From: Macrostomum lignano
Lineage: Eukaryota
NCBI GenBank assembly: GCA_002269645.1
Contig: NIVC01004619.1
Span: 1 to 40,370 of the forward strand
Reading direction: 5' to 3'
DNA: 40,370 nucleotides
Each line of letters starts with the position of its first letter. Position 1 is the first letter of the stretch. The notes beneath the pieces were generated by a model. It was not told where the DNA came from. It worked only from the letters and a program-made list of their open reading frames with translations, and did not search any database. Positions 17,783 to 29,369 of this stretch are shown piece by piece. Position numbers and translations under genes: made by a program.

Positions 17783-20700
17783 TTAGCCAGAAAATGAACA
17801 TAAAATATCTGTTACAAAGCCGGGCTTCCAGAGATTCTCCTTGTACCATGCGGCGTCGCTGGTTGTCATGCCAACCAGTATTGTTCGCTTCCGTTCAGGC
17901 AATGAACAGTTGCCATAGGGTATCTGCGGGGTTGAAGCAACAGAGCAATGCACTGTGCACACACAGGGAGCTGCATTGTACACACAGGGCACTGCATTGT
18001 ACACACAGAGCACTGCATTGTACACACAGAGCACTGCATTGTACACACAGAGCACTGCATTGTACACACAGAGCACTGCATTTTACACACAGAGCACTGC
18101 ATTGTACACACAGAGCACTGCATTGTACACACAGAGCACTGCATTGTACACACAGAGCACTGCATTGTACACACAGGGCACTGCATTGTACACACAGAGC
18201 ACTGCATTGTACACACAGGGCACTGCATTGTACACACAGAGCACTGCATTGTACACACAGAGCACTGCATTGTACACACAGAGCACTACATTTTACACAC
18301 AGAGCACTACATTTTACACACAGAGCACTACATTGTACACAGAGCACTGCATTGTACACACAGGGCACTGCATTGTATACACAGGTAGCAGCACCCAGTT
18401 CTCACATGAACTGACGAAGCCCGAAAATGCAATCCATGCAGGCGGCCCTGCTTGGAGTTCGCCAGCCCCGCCGCCCTGGCCTCCTCGTCAAGCATCAGCT
18501 CGCACAGCAGCAGCACGTTGTTGCGACGGTCAGACAGGCGGCCGCACGAGTCGCCAACAACGGGATACTCGCCGTGCATCTCCTGGTGCCGGCTGATCAG
18601 CAGCTCCTCGAGCGGGCTGCTGGTGGCGTCGCTGAATGGCAGCCGGCCGGAGTCTCCGACACTGCGGGGCACATGCGGAAATGGAGAGCAGGGGCTTTGG
18701 AGCAGGCTGGGTGAGACGAGGATGATGAGGTTACTGTACACCTGAGATGCAGGTAACTGTACACCTGAGATGCAGGTAACTGTACACCTGAGATGTAGGT
18801 AACTGCACACCTGAGATGTAGGTAACTGTACACCTGAGATGCAGGTAACTGTACACCTGAGATGCAGGTAACTGTACACCTGAGATGTAGGTAACTGTAC
18901 ACCTGAGATGCAGGTAACTGTACACCTGAGATGCAGGTAACTGTACACCTGAGATGCAGGTAACTGTACACCTGAGATGCAGGTAACTGTACACCTGAGA
19001 TGCAGGTAACTGTGCAGCTGACCTCAGAGTCAATTTCTTATTTTAGATACAAGCACATTTGAAGGACATTAGAAATGCATTACTACGCTCGTACAGCACT
19101 AAAAAGCCCTGAGGACACCCAATTTGCATTGAAATAGAACCCCTGGCCAGCAACTGTGTTCCAGATCGATGCCTATTCCTCAGCTCCTAATTAACCCCCC
19201 CCCCCGCAGTCAAACTGCAAGTTAACCCCCCCCCCGGTGGTTGCTACAGCTGATCTTCCCTGTCCCCTACTGGGCCAAAAACATGATTCCAAAAACTTCT
19301 ATCCAGATGAGGCAAAAAGATTGGATGGTGAGAGAGAATAGCTGGGCGCTATTAAAATCTGATAGGCTTTTGGCTGAGCCACGAGTACAGGGGAGCTGGT
19401 GGATACAAAATATCTCTATAACGAAAGTGGGAAAACGATTGAAATAAATCAGGGTAGGAATTCAATTTGGCTTCTTTTGTGGAACCTTCCCTATAGATCG
19501 AACTAGCCAATTCAATGCATTTTTGCACCACTCTGGGGAAATTAGCTTGCTTACAATATGTTACTCCATCTCATATCTAGTCACTCCTCTAGTGTATTGT
19601 CTCGTGTATTGTCACTCTGTTGTGCATTGTCACTCGTGTCTGGTCACTCACTATCTAACGTATTGTCACTCTCTCTTGTCTGGTCATTATTGTCTAGTCA
19701 CGAATGTTATTCTCTTTTCTAGTCACTCTCTCTTGTTTGGTCACTCTCTCTTGTCTGGTCACTCTCTCTTATCTGGTCACTCTCTCTTGTCTGGTCACTC
19801 TCTCTTGTCTGGTCACTCTCTCTTGTCTGGTCACTCTCTCTTGTCTGGTCACTCTCTCTTGTTTGGTCACTCTCTCTTGTCTGGTCACTCTCTCTTATCT
19901 GGTCACTCTCTCTTGTCTGGTCACTCTCTCTTGTCTGGTCACTCTCTCTTGTCTGGACACTCTCTCTCTTGTCTGGACACTCTCTTTCTCTTGTCTGGTC
20001 ACTCTCTCTGTCTGGTCACTCTCTTTTGTCTGGTCACTCTCTCATGTCTGGTCACTCTCTCTCTTGTCACTCTCTCTCTTGTCTGGTCACTCTCTCATTT
20101 TTTCCACTATCTACTCTATAGCCACTCTCCTGTTCGTAAAGTCGGGCAATGACAATGAAAACGATCATAATACAACCCATCTCACGAATCGCCGACGACC
20201 AACAGAAAACTCCCCACACACGAATCTGGGTTGTTATTTTCATGCAGTTTTGTACTTTTCTTTTGCACCTGTTGCACGCGTCACCTTAGCTCTGTAAGTT
20301 CACAGAGCATCAAAGAGCGTTGCATTGCAGATTAAAGGCGCGGAGTTATACAGTGGGAAAATGATGCAGTTACACAAAGCACTGCAATTCGGTTTGATTC
20401 TAATTGCAGCCGAAAGCCACTCTCAACGGGAGTGGAAATCAAATAAGCAAATTTTAGTGTAGGGATTGTGACATGTAGGGAATGTGACATGTAGGGAATG
20501 TGACATGTAGCGAATGTGACATGTAGGGAATGTGACATGTAGGGAATGTGACATGTAGCGAATGTGACATGTAGGGAATGTGACATGTAGGGAATGTGAC
20601 ATGTAGGGATTGTGACATGTAAGGAATGTGACATGTAGGGAATGTGACAGGTAGGGAATGTGACATGTAGGGAATGTGACATGTAGGGATTGTGACATGT

Positions 20701-22473
20701 AAGGAATGTGACATGTAGGGAATGTGACAGGTAGGGAATGTGACATGTAGGGAATGTGACATGTAGGGAATGTGACATGTAGGGATTGTGACATGTAAGG
20801 AATGTGACATGTAGGGAATGTGACATGTAGGGAATGTGACATGTAGGGAATGTGACATGTAGGGAATGTGACATGCAGGGAATGTGACATGTAGGGAATG
20901 TGACATGTAGGGAATGTGACATGTAGGGAATGTGACATGTAAGGAATGTGACATGTAGGGAATGTGACATGTAGGGATGTGACTTGTAGGGAATGTGACA
21001 TGTAGGGAATGTGACATGTAGGGAATGTGACATGTAGGGAATGTGACATGTAGGGAATGTGACATGTAGGGAATGTGACATGTAGGGAATGTGACATGTA
21101 GGGAATGTGACATGTAGGGAATGTGACATGTAGGGAATGTGACATGTAAGGAATGTGACATGTAGGGAATGTGACATGTAAGGAATGTGACAGGTAGGAA
21201 TGTGACAGGTAGGGAATGTGACATGTAGGGAATGTGACATGTAAGGAATGTGACAGGTAGGAATGTGACAGGTAGGGAATGTGACATGTAAGGAATGTGA
21301 CAGGTAGGGAATGCGACAGGTAGGGAATGTGAGTAAGGGAGTTAGATAATGTATCTATCATTAAAGAATCCATAAACACAATTAATAAGATTAATATGGA
21401 GTGACTAGAGATGTAATTACCGAATATTTTTGCACATCCACGTGGGCTCGGCATACACCAGTCTGGAGTCCTCTGCAGCGGGGGCGTCGCAGTAGACGGT
21501 GTCGTTGAGGACTGCGACAGTGGATTGGAATGGCGTGGCTGAAAATGATTTTTGCAATTTATCAGGTTGTATCAGGCCATTTTTATTTATCTTTATATCG
21601 ATAGTAATTGCTAGGGTAATATCCGTCTTCAATATCGGATGTAATTAGTTTCTATTAGACTGGGGCAAATCTCTGCCACTCTCTACCCCATGTCACTCTC
21701 TACCCCATGTCACTCTCTGTCCCATGTCACTCTCTGTCCCATGTCACTCTCTGTCCCATGTCACTCTTTGCCCATGTCTCTGTTCAATGTCACTCTCTGT
21801 TCAATGTCACTCTCTGTTCAATGTCACTCTCTGTTCAATGTCACTCTCTGTTCAATGTCACTCTCTGTTCAATGTCACTCTCTGTTCAATGTCACTCTCT
21901 GTTCAATATCACTCTCTGTTCAATTTCACTCTCTGTTCAATGTCACTCTCTGTTCAATGTCACTCTCTGTTCAATGTCACTCTCTGTCCCATGTCACTCT
22001 CTGCCCCGTGTCACTCTGTCCCACATCACTCGCACGCCTCCAGACGTCAGCTGGCAGTGCTCACGGTGAAACCTGGCCTCAGGAGGCCAGCCGCCAGCCA
22101 TCAGGGTGCTCAGATTTGAAGCGAAATATTTTCGACCGTCCTCGCTCGGTCGGTCAAGATCGGCTTCCTCGGCTTCATCACCCAGAGCAGACTTCAGTTG
22201 ATTATGGTTACGGCGACTGGATTGCGTCAAGTAGTCGGGCCAGGAGCCGACACGGCCGCTGACGAGCCATACGCATCCAACAGCGGCACCGCACAGCAGC
22301 ACAAGACTGAGCATCGCGAACCCCAGCCTGAGCAGCTGGTATCTTCGTTGTCTTGTCAGGCACAGGCGAGCGACGTTGTAACCTGGCGGCGCTGAGAAAT
22401 TTTCGGTGTAGAATGAGGAAGTGGCAGCGTAAGAACGAGCCTGCTGCTGTTGCGGTGGCTGCTGAAGCATCAT
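17783..22473 (-). CDS. Host gene, unknown single-pass (type II-like) membrane protein. Exons 22473-22065, 21538-21421, 18733-18406, 17923-17783 (331 aa if complete)
   Basis: GT-AG boundaries with matching phases 1/2/0 and strongly GC3-biased codons in exon 3. TM helix LGFAMLSLVLLCGAAVGCVWLV. Family not recognised. Extra exons or an alternative exon-2 donor (21442) cannot be excluded. Confidence 0.7.
17955..18383. repeat. Minisatellite, 21-bp unit ACACACAGAGCACTGCATTGT, ~20 copies (intronic)
   Basis: Direct reading; explains the HTEHCIV-type periodic ORFs. Confidence 0.97.
18729..19013. repeat. Minisatellite, 23-bp unit ACACCTGAGATGCAGGTAACTGT, ~12 copies (intronic)
   Basis: Direct reading. 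Confidence 0.97.
19725..20095. repeat. Minisatellite, 18-bp unit TCTGGTCACTCTCTCTTG, ~20 copies, degenerate copies back to ~19575
   Basis: Direct reading. Confidence 0.95.
20458..21330. repeat. Minisatellite, 16-bp unit GTAGGGAATGTGACAT, ~54 copies
   Basis: Direct reading. Confidence 0.97.
21675..22030. repeat. Minisatellite, 17-bp unit TCAATGTCACTCTCTGT (variant CCCATGTCACTCTCTGT), ~20 copies
   Basis: Direct reading. Confidence 0.95.
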
Positions 22474-23204
22474 TGCTGCAGACTTTGATGTGTCCAGAAA
22501 CCTGTTGGATGTTAGAACTGTTGCTGGTAATACAGTCTGGCTGCTCAGTGCAGTAAGAAAAAGATGATTGCTTAGGAGAGGCTGTGTGAGGTTGAGGGGT
22601 CCTGAGTCTTTTAACTGCGCACTGTTCTAGCTCTCCCTTGCTGGACAGCTGATAGCTGAGGACCAATCGGTACGCGGAGGTTGGCGGCGGCTCATTGAAG
22701 ACATTTTATATTGAACACAGGGCACTCACATGTCCATGAGAATGGAGAGAAAAGTTCGCGCTGGAATCGGACTGGAGCTGCTGAATTGGTTTGAAGGGCT
22801 CAAACAGACTGCCTGAGCCGAGACCACCCACCGCCTCCCTAGCCAGGGCCACTTCAACTTTGCCAATCAAGCCAGCGCAGCACTGTACACCCCCACGCGC
22901 ACTGTTCCCTCACTATATTTACTTAAATATACACAAACTTGCCTGCACCCGATAAAACCTCCAGAAAATTTTTCCCGGCTTTGCAAAGACGAGCAAACAG
23001 AGCTCTGCAAAGTCAATGTTAATGCTTTCGTACTGTAAGTTGATAGCCTTTGTTCTATTATAGACCGTAGCAACTGCCCAGTTCTCAAAGCTAAGAGCGG
23101 CCAAAATGAACTGTTAGAGAACAGCTTGCTAAACTCTTGGCTCGAATTTAAGTTCTTTCCTACACCAGATTTTAAATGTGAACGCCAAATGTAGATTCCA
23201 AACA

Positions 23205-23755
23205 CTGATCCCCATGCTCAACACCCTGATCCCAATGCTCAACACTTTTATCCCAATGCTAAACACCCTATCTCTATGCTAAACACTCTGATCCCCATGC
23301 TCAACACCCTGATCCCAATGCTTAACACCCTGATCCCAATGCTAAACACTCTGATCCCAATGCTAAACACCCTCATCCCAATGCTAAACACTCTGATCCC
23401 AATGCTGAACACCCTCATCCCAATGCTAAACACTCTGATCCCAATGCTGAACACCCTCATCCCAATGCTGAACACCCTCATCCCAATGCTAAACACTCTG
23501 ATCCCAATGCTAAACACCCTGATCCCAATGTTAAACACCCTGATCCCAATGCTAAACACTCTGATCCCCAATGCCAAACACCCTGATCCCAATGCCAAAC
23601 ACTCTATCTCTATGCTAAACACCCTGATCCCAATGCTAAACACTCTGATCCCCAATGCCAAACACCCTGATCCCAATGCTAAACACTCTATTCCATTGCT
23701 AAGCACACTGATCCCCCGATGCCAAACACCCTGATGCCGATCTTAAACACCCTAA
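23205..23755. repeat. Minisatellite, 21-bp unit CTGATCCCAATGCTAAACACT, ~26 copies
   Basis: Direct reading; the MLNTLIP periodic ORF is its translation. Confidence 0.96.
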
Positions 23756-25076
23756 TTTCGACATAAATAAACCTTCATCCAACAGCAGTTTCTAACAAAC
23801 TGTTTCTAATGATAAACAACCTAATCCCAATAAAAAGCGCATGTATACATCTAGGGGTCACATGTTCAAGGTACTTTATGTGAACAAACAAAAATACGGG
23901 CGTTTCACCTGAAAAATCCATTAGGACGGGATGAAAATACAGGAAAATCCCATGTGCACATCAGTTCTGCCCCCGCGGCACAATCGATAACTTTGGATTC
24001 GGGGCAAAGAGAAGCCCGCAGATGCTGCCCCCAGCTTTCCTTCCCACATTGCATTATTTAGCAGCCCGTGCGCCGCAGACAAGCTCTCAGCCTGAGTCGG
24101 CATTTCACGCCATTGATTGCTTGAGGGGGTATCCAGGAGAAGGGGGGAGGGGAGCTATTGAACCCGTGGGATGCAGAATTCGCCGATGCATCTGGCGGAA
24201 CTGCCTGGAACAAGTATTTCAGTCTGATTGCTAGAGAATCTTGAGGTGCTGCTTTCGATTGCCGATCCCGTCCATTCTCCCAGTGCCCCCCTACCAGCCA
24301 CTTGAGGAAATTCTCCCAGTAACCGTATTCCTCTAGTTAGTTGAAGCATGTCTTCTGTAGGCTATAGACGCAGTGTATGTGTATACAAAAAACTAATTCC
24401 GGTTTGCTAGATGCCAAGGTCTATATTGTACCAAATATGGATGAATTTCTGGTTGGTAGCTGAATTCTTGTTGCATATTTTTTATCAGTTTGCAGCTGGC
24501 TTTATGCTAAAAACTTCACTTGCATTTCTCTTTTATCGTGTCACCTTGGGAACGCAGTCCTGTATTACTGATCACGCATAGTAGCTTATAGTATTTTTGT
24601 CACATCTTTACAATTTTCTAATCAAGAAGGTCAATTAATTTGCTTAAAACCCATCGGGTGTTGATAGTAGCGTCATTTCATTGCGTATATTTCAAGTAAA
24701 ATAGCTCTTTAAAGAGTTCATTTGCGAGGGTTGATAAAATACTGATTGATTTGCTTTTCCGAATGAATTTCGACTGCTGATTAAGACAGTCCAAGTTAGA
24801 TTGTAAAAAAAACTGGCCTAGAAAAATCGAATCGAGTTGACAGGATGTTGATTAGATTCCCAATTCAAACTTGACACGCATTAAAATAGGACAAGATTTG
24901 TTTGTAAAAAATCGAATTTTTAATTAGGAAGTCGCGACAGTCACATGACTAATACACGCTCGTAGAAGGAGACTCAGCAGCTACATTGGAATATTGATTG
25001 CTTTATAAAAACAGACTGCTTCCTCAACAGTAATCAGTTTGTTAAAATCAATGTCGCACAATCGAAAAAAGTGGAG

Positions 25077-27005
25077 TCAGGGAAAAGGTCCGTGGTTGTG
25101 CTGCACAATGGTGATCCGGTCTATGATTCGACCCTGCTGATCGTCGCTGACCTGCTCCAGGCTGAGGTGGGTGGAGTTGAAGATCTGCATCCGGGTGTAG
25201 CCATAGTCGGTGCTGCGGAACGCAGAATAGTACATCGGCGACCCGAAGGTGTCGTGACGCTCTCGACAACCAGCCGACCCAGTGACGACGTGCACAGTGC
25301 CGCGGGGCTCCGAGTACGGCTCCGCCCAGCTGCCGTTGCGCACCTCCAGACGCGTCACCGGCCACATCCTCTCGTAGGTGTGCTCGTGCGCCCACAGCGC
25401 GAGATCCACGCCGTACTTTTGGAGCAGCGGCTCCAGCGGGTACCAGCGGGCCAGGAAGCCTTCGCGCATGAACAGCGCACCGAACGTGCAGTCGTCACCG
25501 TCGTCATTGGAGCAGTACATCGGCCGGTGGCCCATAATGATTATCCAGGGCCTCGCGGCTCGGTTTTTACTGGCTCGCTCCAAATCCGCCTGCAGCCAGT
25601 CGTACTGCGACTTCAACTGGTCGACGCCGTACTCGACAAAGAAGTAAAACTCCGTGCTGATGCCAATGATGTGCGCCGGGCCGAGGTCGAACGAATAGAA
25701 CATGCTCTCGCCGTCTCCGCCGAAGCCCTTCGGCATGGTGAATCGGTTTTTATAGTGCGAGAAATTGTACATGAATTCGTGGTTGCCGACGCAGGTCATG
25801 TAGGGCAGGCGAGCCGCAATGGGCTGAATCATCTGCATGAACTGGTCGCCAGTGGCGCCGTCCTGCTCTTGCATGTCGTAGGCGAAATCGCCAACGTGCA
25901 GAATGGCGTCGTACATGCCGGCGCTGGCGTCTTGCATCAGCCGAGGCAGCGACTGAGCGTTCACCATCCCCATGTCGCCGAACATGGCCAACCGTGGGGA
26001 GAAGCCACGCTTTGGGGTGCGAAACTCGAACCAGTCGCTCCATCCGGTGGCTTGCGAACCGCAGCGGTATCTGCGCGGTTTTAAAGAGATGGCTTTGAAT
26101 ATTATGAAAAACAATGAAATCCGACCTGGCAAAGAAGAGATAAGAGAGAAAACAAGAGCTGGGACTTTTATGGAGATGGATATATATACTACTGCTATAT
26201 ACAGATACTATAGACACTCTTGACTCCTAAAAGAAACCAGGCCAGAAAATTTGTTACTTGATGTCTCATAATAAAAGTATAATAATCATAATAATTATAG
26301 TTATTATTACCGACAGCTCAGCCGCAGCTATTGCGCGGTGCATCTGAAGGCTGCGTACGGCTGTTCAGTCCAAGGACTGGGGGGGAGGTCGCCACAGCCC
26401 CTCCTAATGGCAATGCTAATGCTGGCACCAATTTTACAGCTTGCTCAAGGACACAAATTGTTTCGAGTGGGTCGAGAATCGAACCTCCGACCTTTTCAGT
26501 CGTGAGTCCGACGCTCGATCTATAACCATTATAGGCTACAACCCTCTATAGGATACGGCCCCCCATTATTTTAATATTCAAATAATTACTTGAACAGACC
26601 GCCCCAGCCGAGGTCGGGCAGGGTCACTCGGTGCACATATTGCGTCGCTTTTTTCGTTCCGCTGTCCACAAATATCGTAGAGCTGCCGTTGTACAATTTC
26701 TCTGTGGCATTTGGCGGCTGCACGCTCATTAGCTGCACCTGCGACTGAGTGTCATTGCGCGTACTCCAGGTCACCACCACCGAGGTCTCGTTGTCGCCGA
26801 AAGACAGGTGAATATTTCTGGGCTCGAGGCCGGACTCGGGTATGGGAGTGTACACGTACAGTGGAACCTCCGGAGATGTTGATTGGATGAACAGGTAGCC
26901 GGTGCTGCCCAGGCGACCTGTTGGCACGGTTGCTGCCAACGTCAGGCAGGCCAACGCAGCGGTGAACAGTCGGCCTGCGATGCCCAGTTTAATGCTGATT
27001 GGCAT
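25077..27005 (-). CDS. ACP7: Secreted purple acid phosphatase (acid phosphatase type 7-like), exons 27005-26590 and 26070-25077, 469 aa
   Basis: Signal peptide; Fn3-like N-domain (IHLSFG...VVVTWST...YVHRVTL); metallophosphoesterase motifs FGDMG, GDFAYD, GNHE, MGHRPMY, AHEH. The phase-2 intron GTAATT...GCAG joins LF-K-YRCGS. Confidence 0.95.
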
Positions 27006-28110
27006 GTCTTGCTGTGCTGATCAATAGCTGTAATGGCACTACAATGATGGTAGTCTTCTGCAATGCGTTTCTGAGAGTGCTAGCGTTATATATGCATGAG
27101 TTAGTTCTTATCGGGGAGCTTGCTGGGTCGTTTCACAGCTAGCTTGACCCCTGCTACACCGCACTGCAGCCCATTTATTAAGAAAATTTAGTGTCATCGC
27201 TAGGTGGTCACGTGAGTTGAATTTGCTCGCGCACACTGGTGTCTCGTTTGCCCTTTGCAAAGCATGCAGCCACCCCTGCTTGGGGGCAGAATTTCTTCTT
27301 GCTGTAAAAATGTACATGCAAGCGTATACAGCAATATTCTGATACTGGCCTAGAAATTCTTCCTAGGGCTTTAGAGTTCAGTGAATCACCTCTTTATGTA
27401 CCTGGTCGAACCACGCATTATTAAAACAGGTACTGAATGTACTCGAGAATGTTAGAAAACGTTAGTGTTTAAATCAGAATATTCTAGCTTGCACGAACAA
27501 CCTCCCCTCTCATGTATCTTGCTTAAAATGATCAAATTTGCAAGTTTGCGAATGACGTAATTCTGCTGCATGTGAAGGCATCTTATCTATAGCTCAACCT
27601 TTCGATTTCTAAAATGCATTCTCGTTGATTTATTTACAGATATATACACTTTCGAATGCGTAGACTAACCCATCGCGTTCAGTTTAAACTCTAGCTATTA
27701 AACCCCATGAACAAGCTAGAAAGATGAACACATTTCCGTTAGCAGGATTTTTTGTTTTCGAGAACTGCCTGTTCACCGCCCTATTTAGTTAAGCCGTCGT
27801 ACTTGTACGGCGATATGTGAAATCCATTATATTTCAATGCACACTATCCTACTCTAGCATACTACTGATAGTAGAAATAGCTGGACAAAAATGGGACGCG
27901 AGATTGTTCGCGCAATGTGATAAAATATGCTATGATAATTATGATTCCTACGCGAAGCTATGGACACGAAAGGCCATGTAGGTAAAGTCCCTGTGGTTCC
28001 CTAAAACATTGTGCCAATTTGATGTGGCACTAAAAAGTTAAATTTTTGTAGAAAGAATTGGCCGTATATGCGAATAGAATATAGCTGAATGGCGCGAGCA
28101 CTCGCACAGC

Positions 28111-29369
28111 TCAAACTCCACTCTTGCACATGCCATGAGGCGCATGAATTGCTCGGTACTCTTTTGAGTACATGTACTCGCTACTGTAGTCTTTGTTCCT
28201 CGCCTCCCGTTCGAGTTGTGATTTTCGCTCCTCTACCTGAGCCAGCTCATCCATTAGCAATTTCTCATTCAGCGCATCCAGGTACCTTGAGTCCCGAATG
28301 ACGCCGCTGTCCGACTCTCCGCTCTTGCCGTCCAGGATGTCGCAGACTGATTTGGTGGAGATGCCCGCCAAAGCCAGCGGTCGCTCCTGCAAGCTGGCCA
28401 TTTGCCTACTTCTCTCCACTCCGCTGCGCAGCAACTCGTTGCGGTCCGGCTCCGGGCCCAAAGTCAAGCGAAGCGACTCGCACCACTTCAGCGAGTCCCA
28501 GGGCATCGCCTCCAGCAAGCGGGCCATGAAGCTGATGCGCCGCTCCGTCAGTTGGTCTTCGGCCAGTGTCTCGGACAGCTGGCTGCTAACATTGACAAAG
28601 TCTACGAGCAGGGGGCCCCACAGCTCGGCCAGGTGGGAAGTCATCCAGAAGAGATCGTGTGAGCAGGCTATGGTCAGTAGGTCGCTGAGATACGAGCCGA
28701 GCGCTGCGAACGATTCAAACTCAAATTCATGCATCTGACCACCTGTAAGGTGGGTCTTCGCTAGAGTGACACTGCGGCAGCAAGTCTGTTGCAGGTGCTC
28801 CAGCGAGGTGTAATTAATTCGAAGCAATGGACCGCGCTCTCGCAGGTACTTCATGAGGAATAGCAGCACCTGGTCTAGTCGGTATTTTCCTATCACAAAC
28901 TTCAAGTGCGATACAGAGCCGCGAGAGATGTGCTCGGCCAAGTCCTGCTGGACCTGGTGATGGTTGCGGGATTACGGATTCAGTATGGGACGCGAGACAG
29001 TGGGATTCTGGACTGAGTTACTGACTTTCTGAACTTGTTGAGGATGCGAAATTGTTGACCAAGTCATTTTTCCCTCACCTGCGAGTCCGGTCGCATCTCT
29101 TGAATGTAAAGCTCAATACCGGGACACAGGCAGGTCTTATTTGCCACCTTTTCGCCGCAATGTCGATAGTACCGGACATTCACGTAGGTGGCCTGCCGCA
29201 GGCGCCGGATGCATAGGTACACCACTTCGAACGGATCCAGAAAGCCCGGCTGTTGGCACCATTTAGCTGCGTAGAAGGTCGGCGTTACTGGTGCAGTATC
29301 TGCCAGCTGACTGGCGCAGTGCGACGCGGCGCTTCTTGCAAAGTGATCTGGCAGCTGTCTACCTGACAT
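28111..29369 (-). CDS. Host hypothetical protein, exons 29369-29079 and 28953-28111 (377 aa)
   Basis: CAG|GTGAGG donor and CACCAG acceptor give an in-frame phase-0 join (PDSQ|VQQDLAEH). Codon usage looks coding; predicted helical with a coiled-coil-like C-terminus. No family recognised. Confidence 0.65.

Noticed and set aside
17776-23734. Long periodic ORFs (HRALHCT, MSHSLHVTFPTCHIPY, MLNTLIP, SGHSLL etc.)
   Set aside because: Translations of intronic or intergenic minisatellites that are open in several frames and strands; no coding signature.
25071-26084. 337-aa plus-strand ORF
   Set aside because: Antisense shadow of the GC3-rich ACP7 exon.
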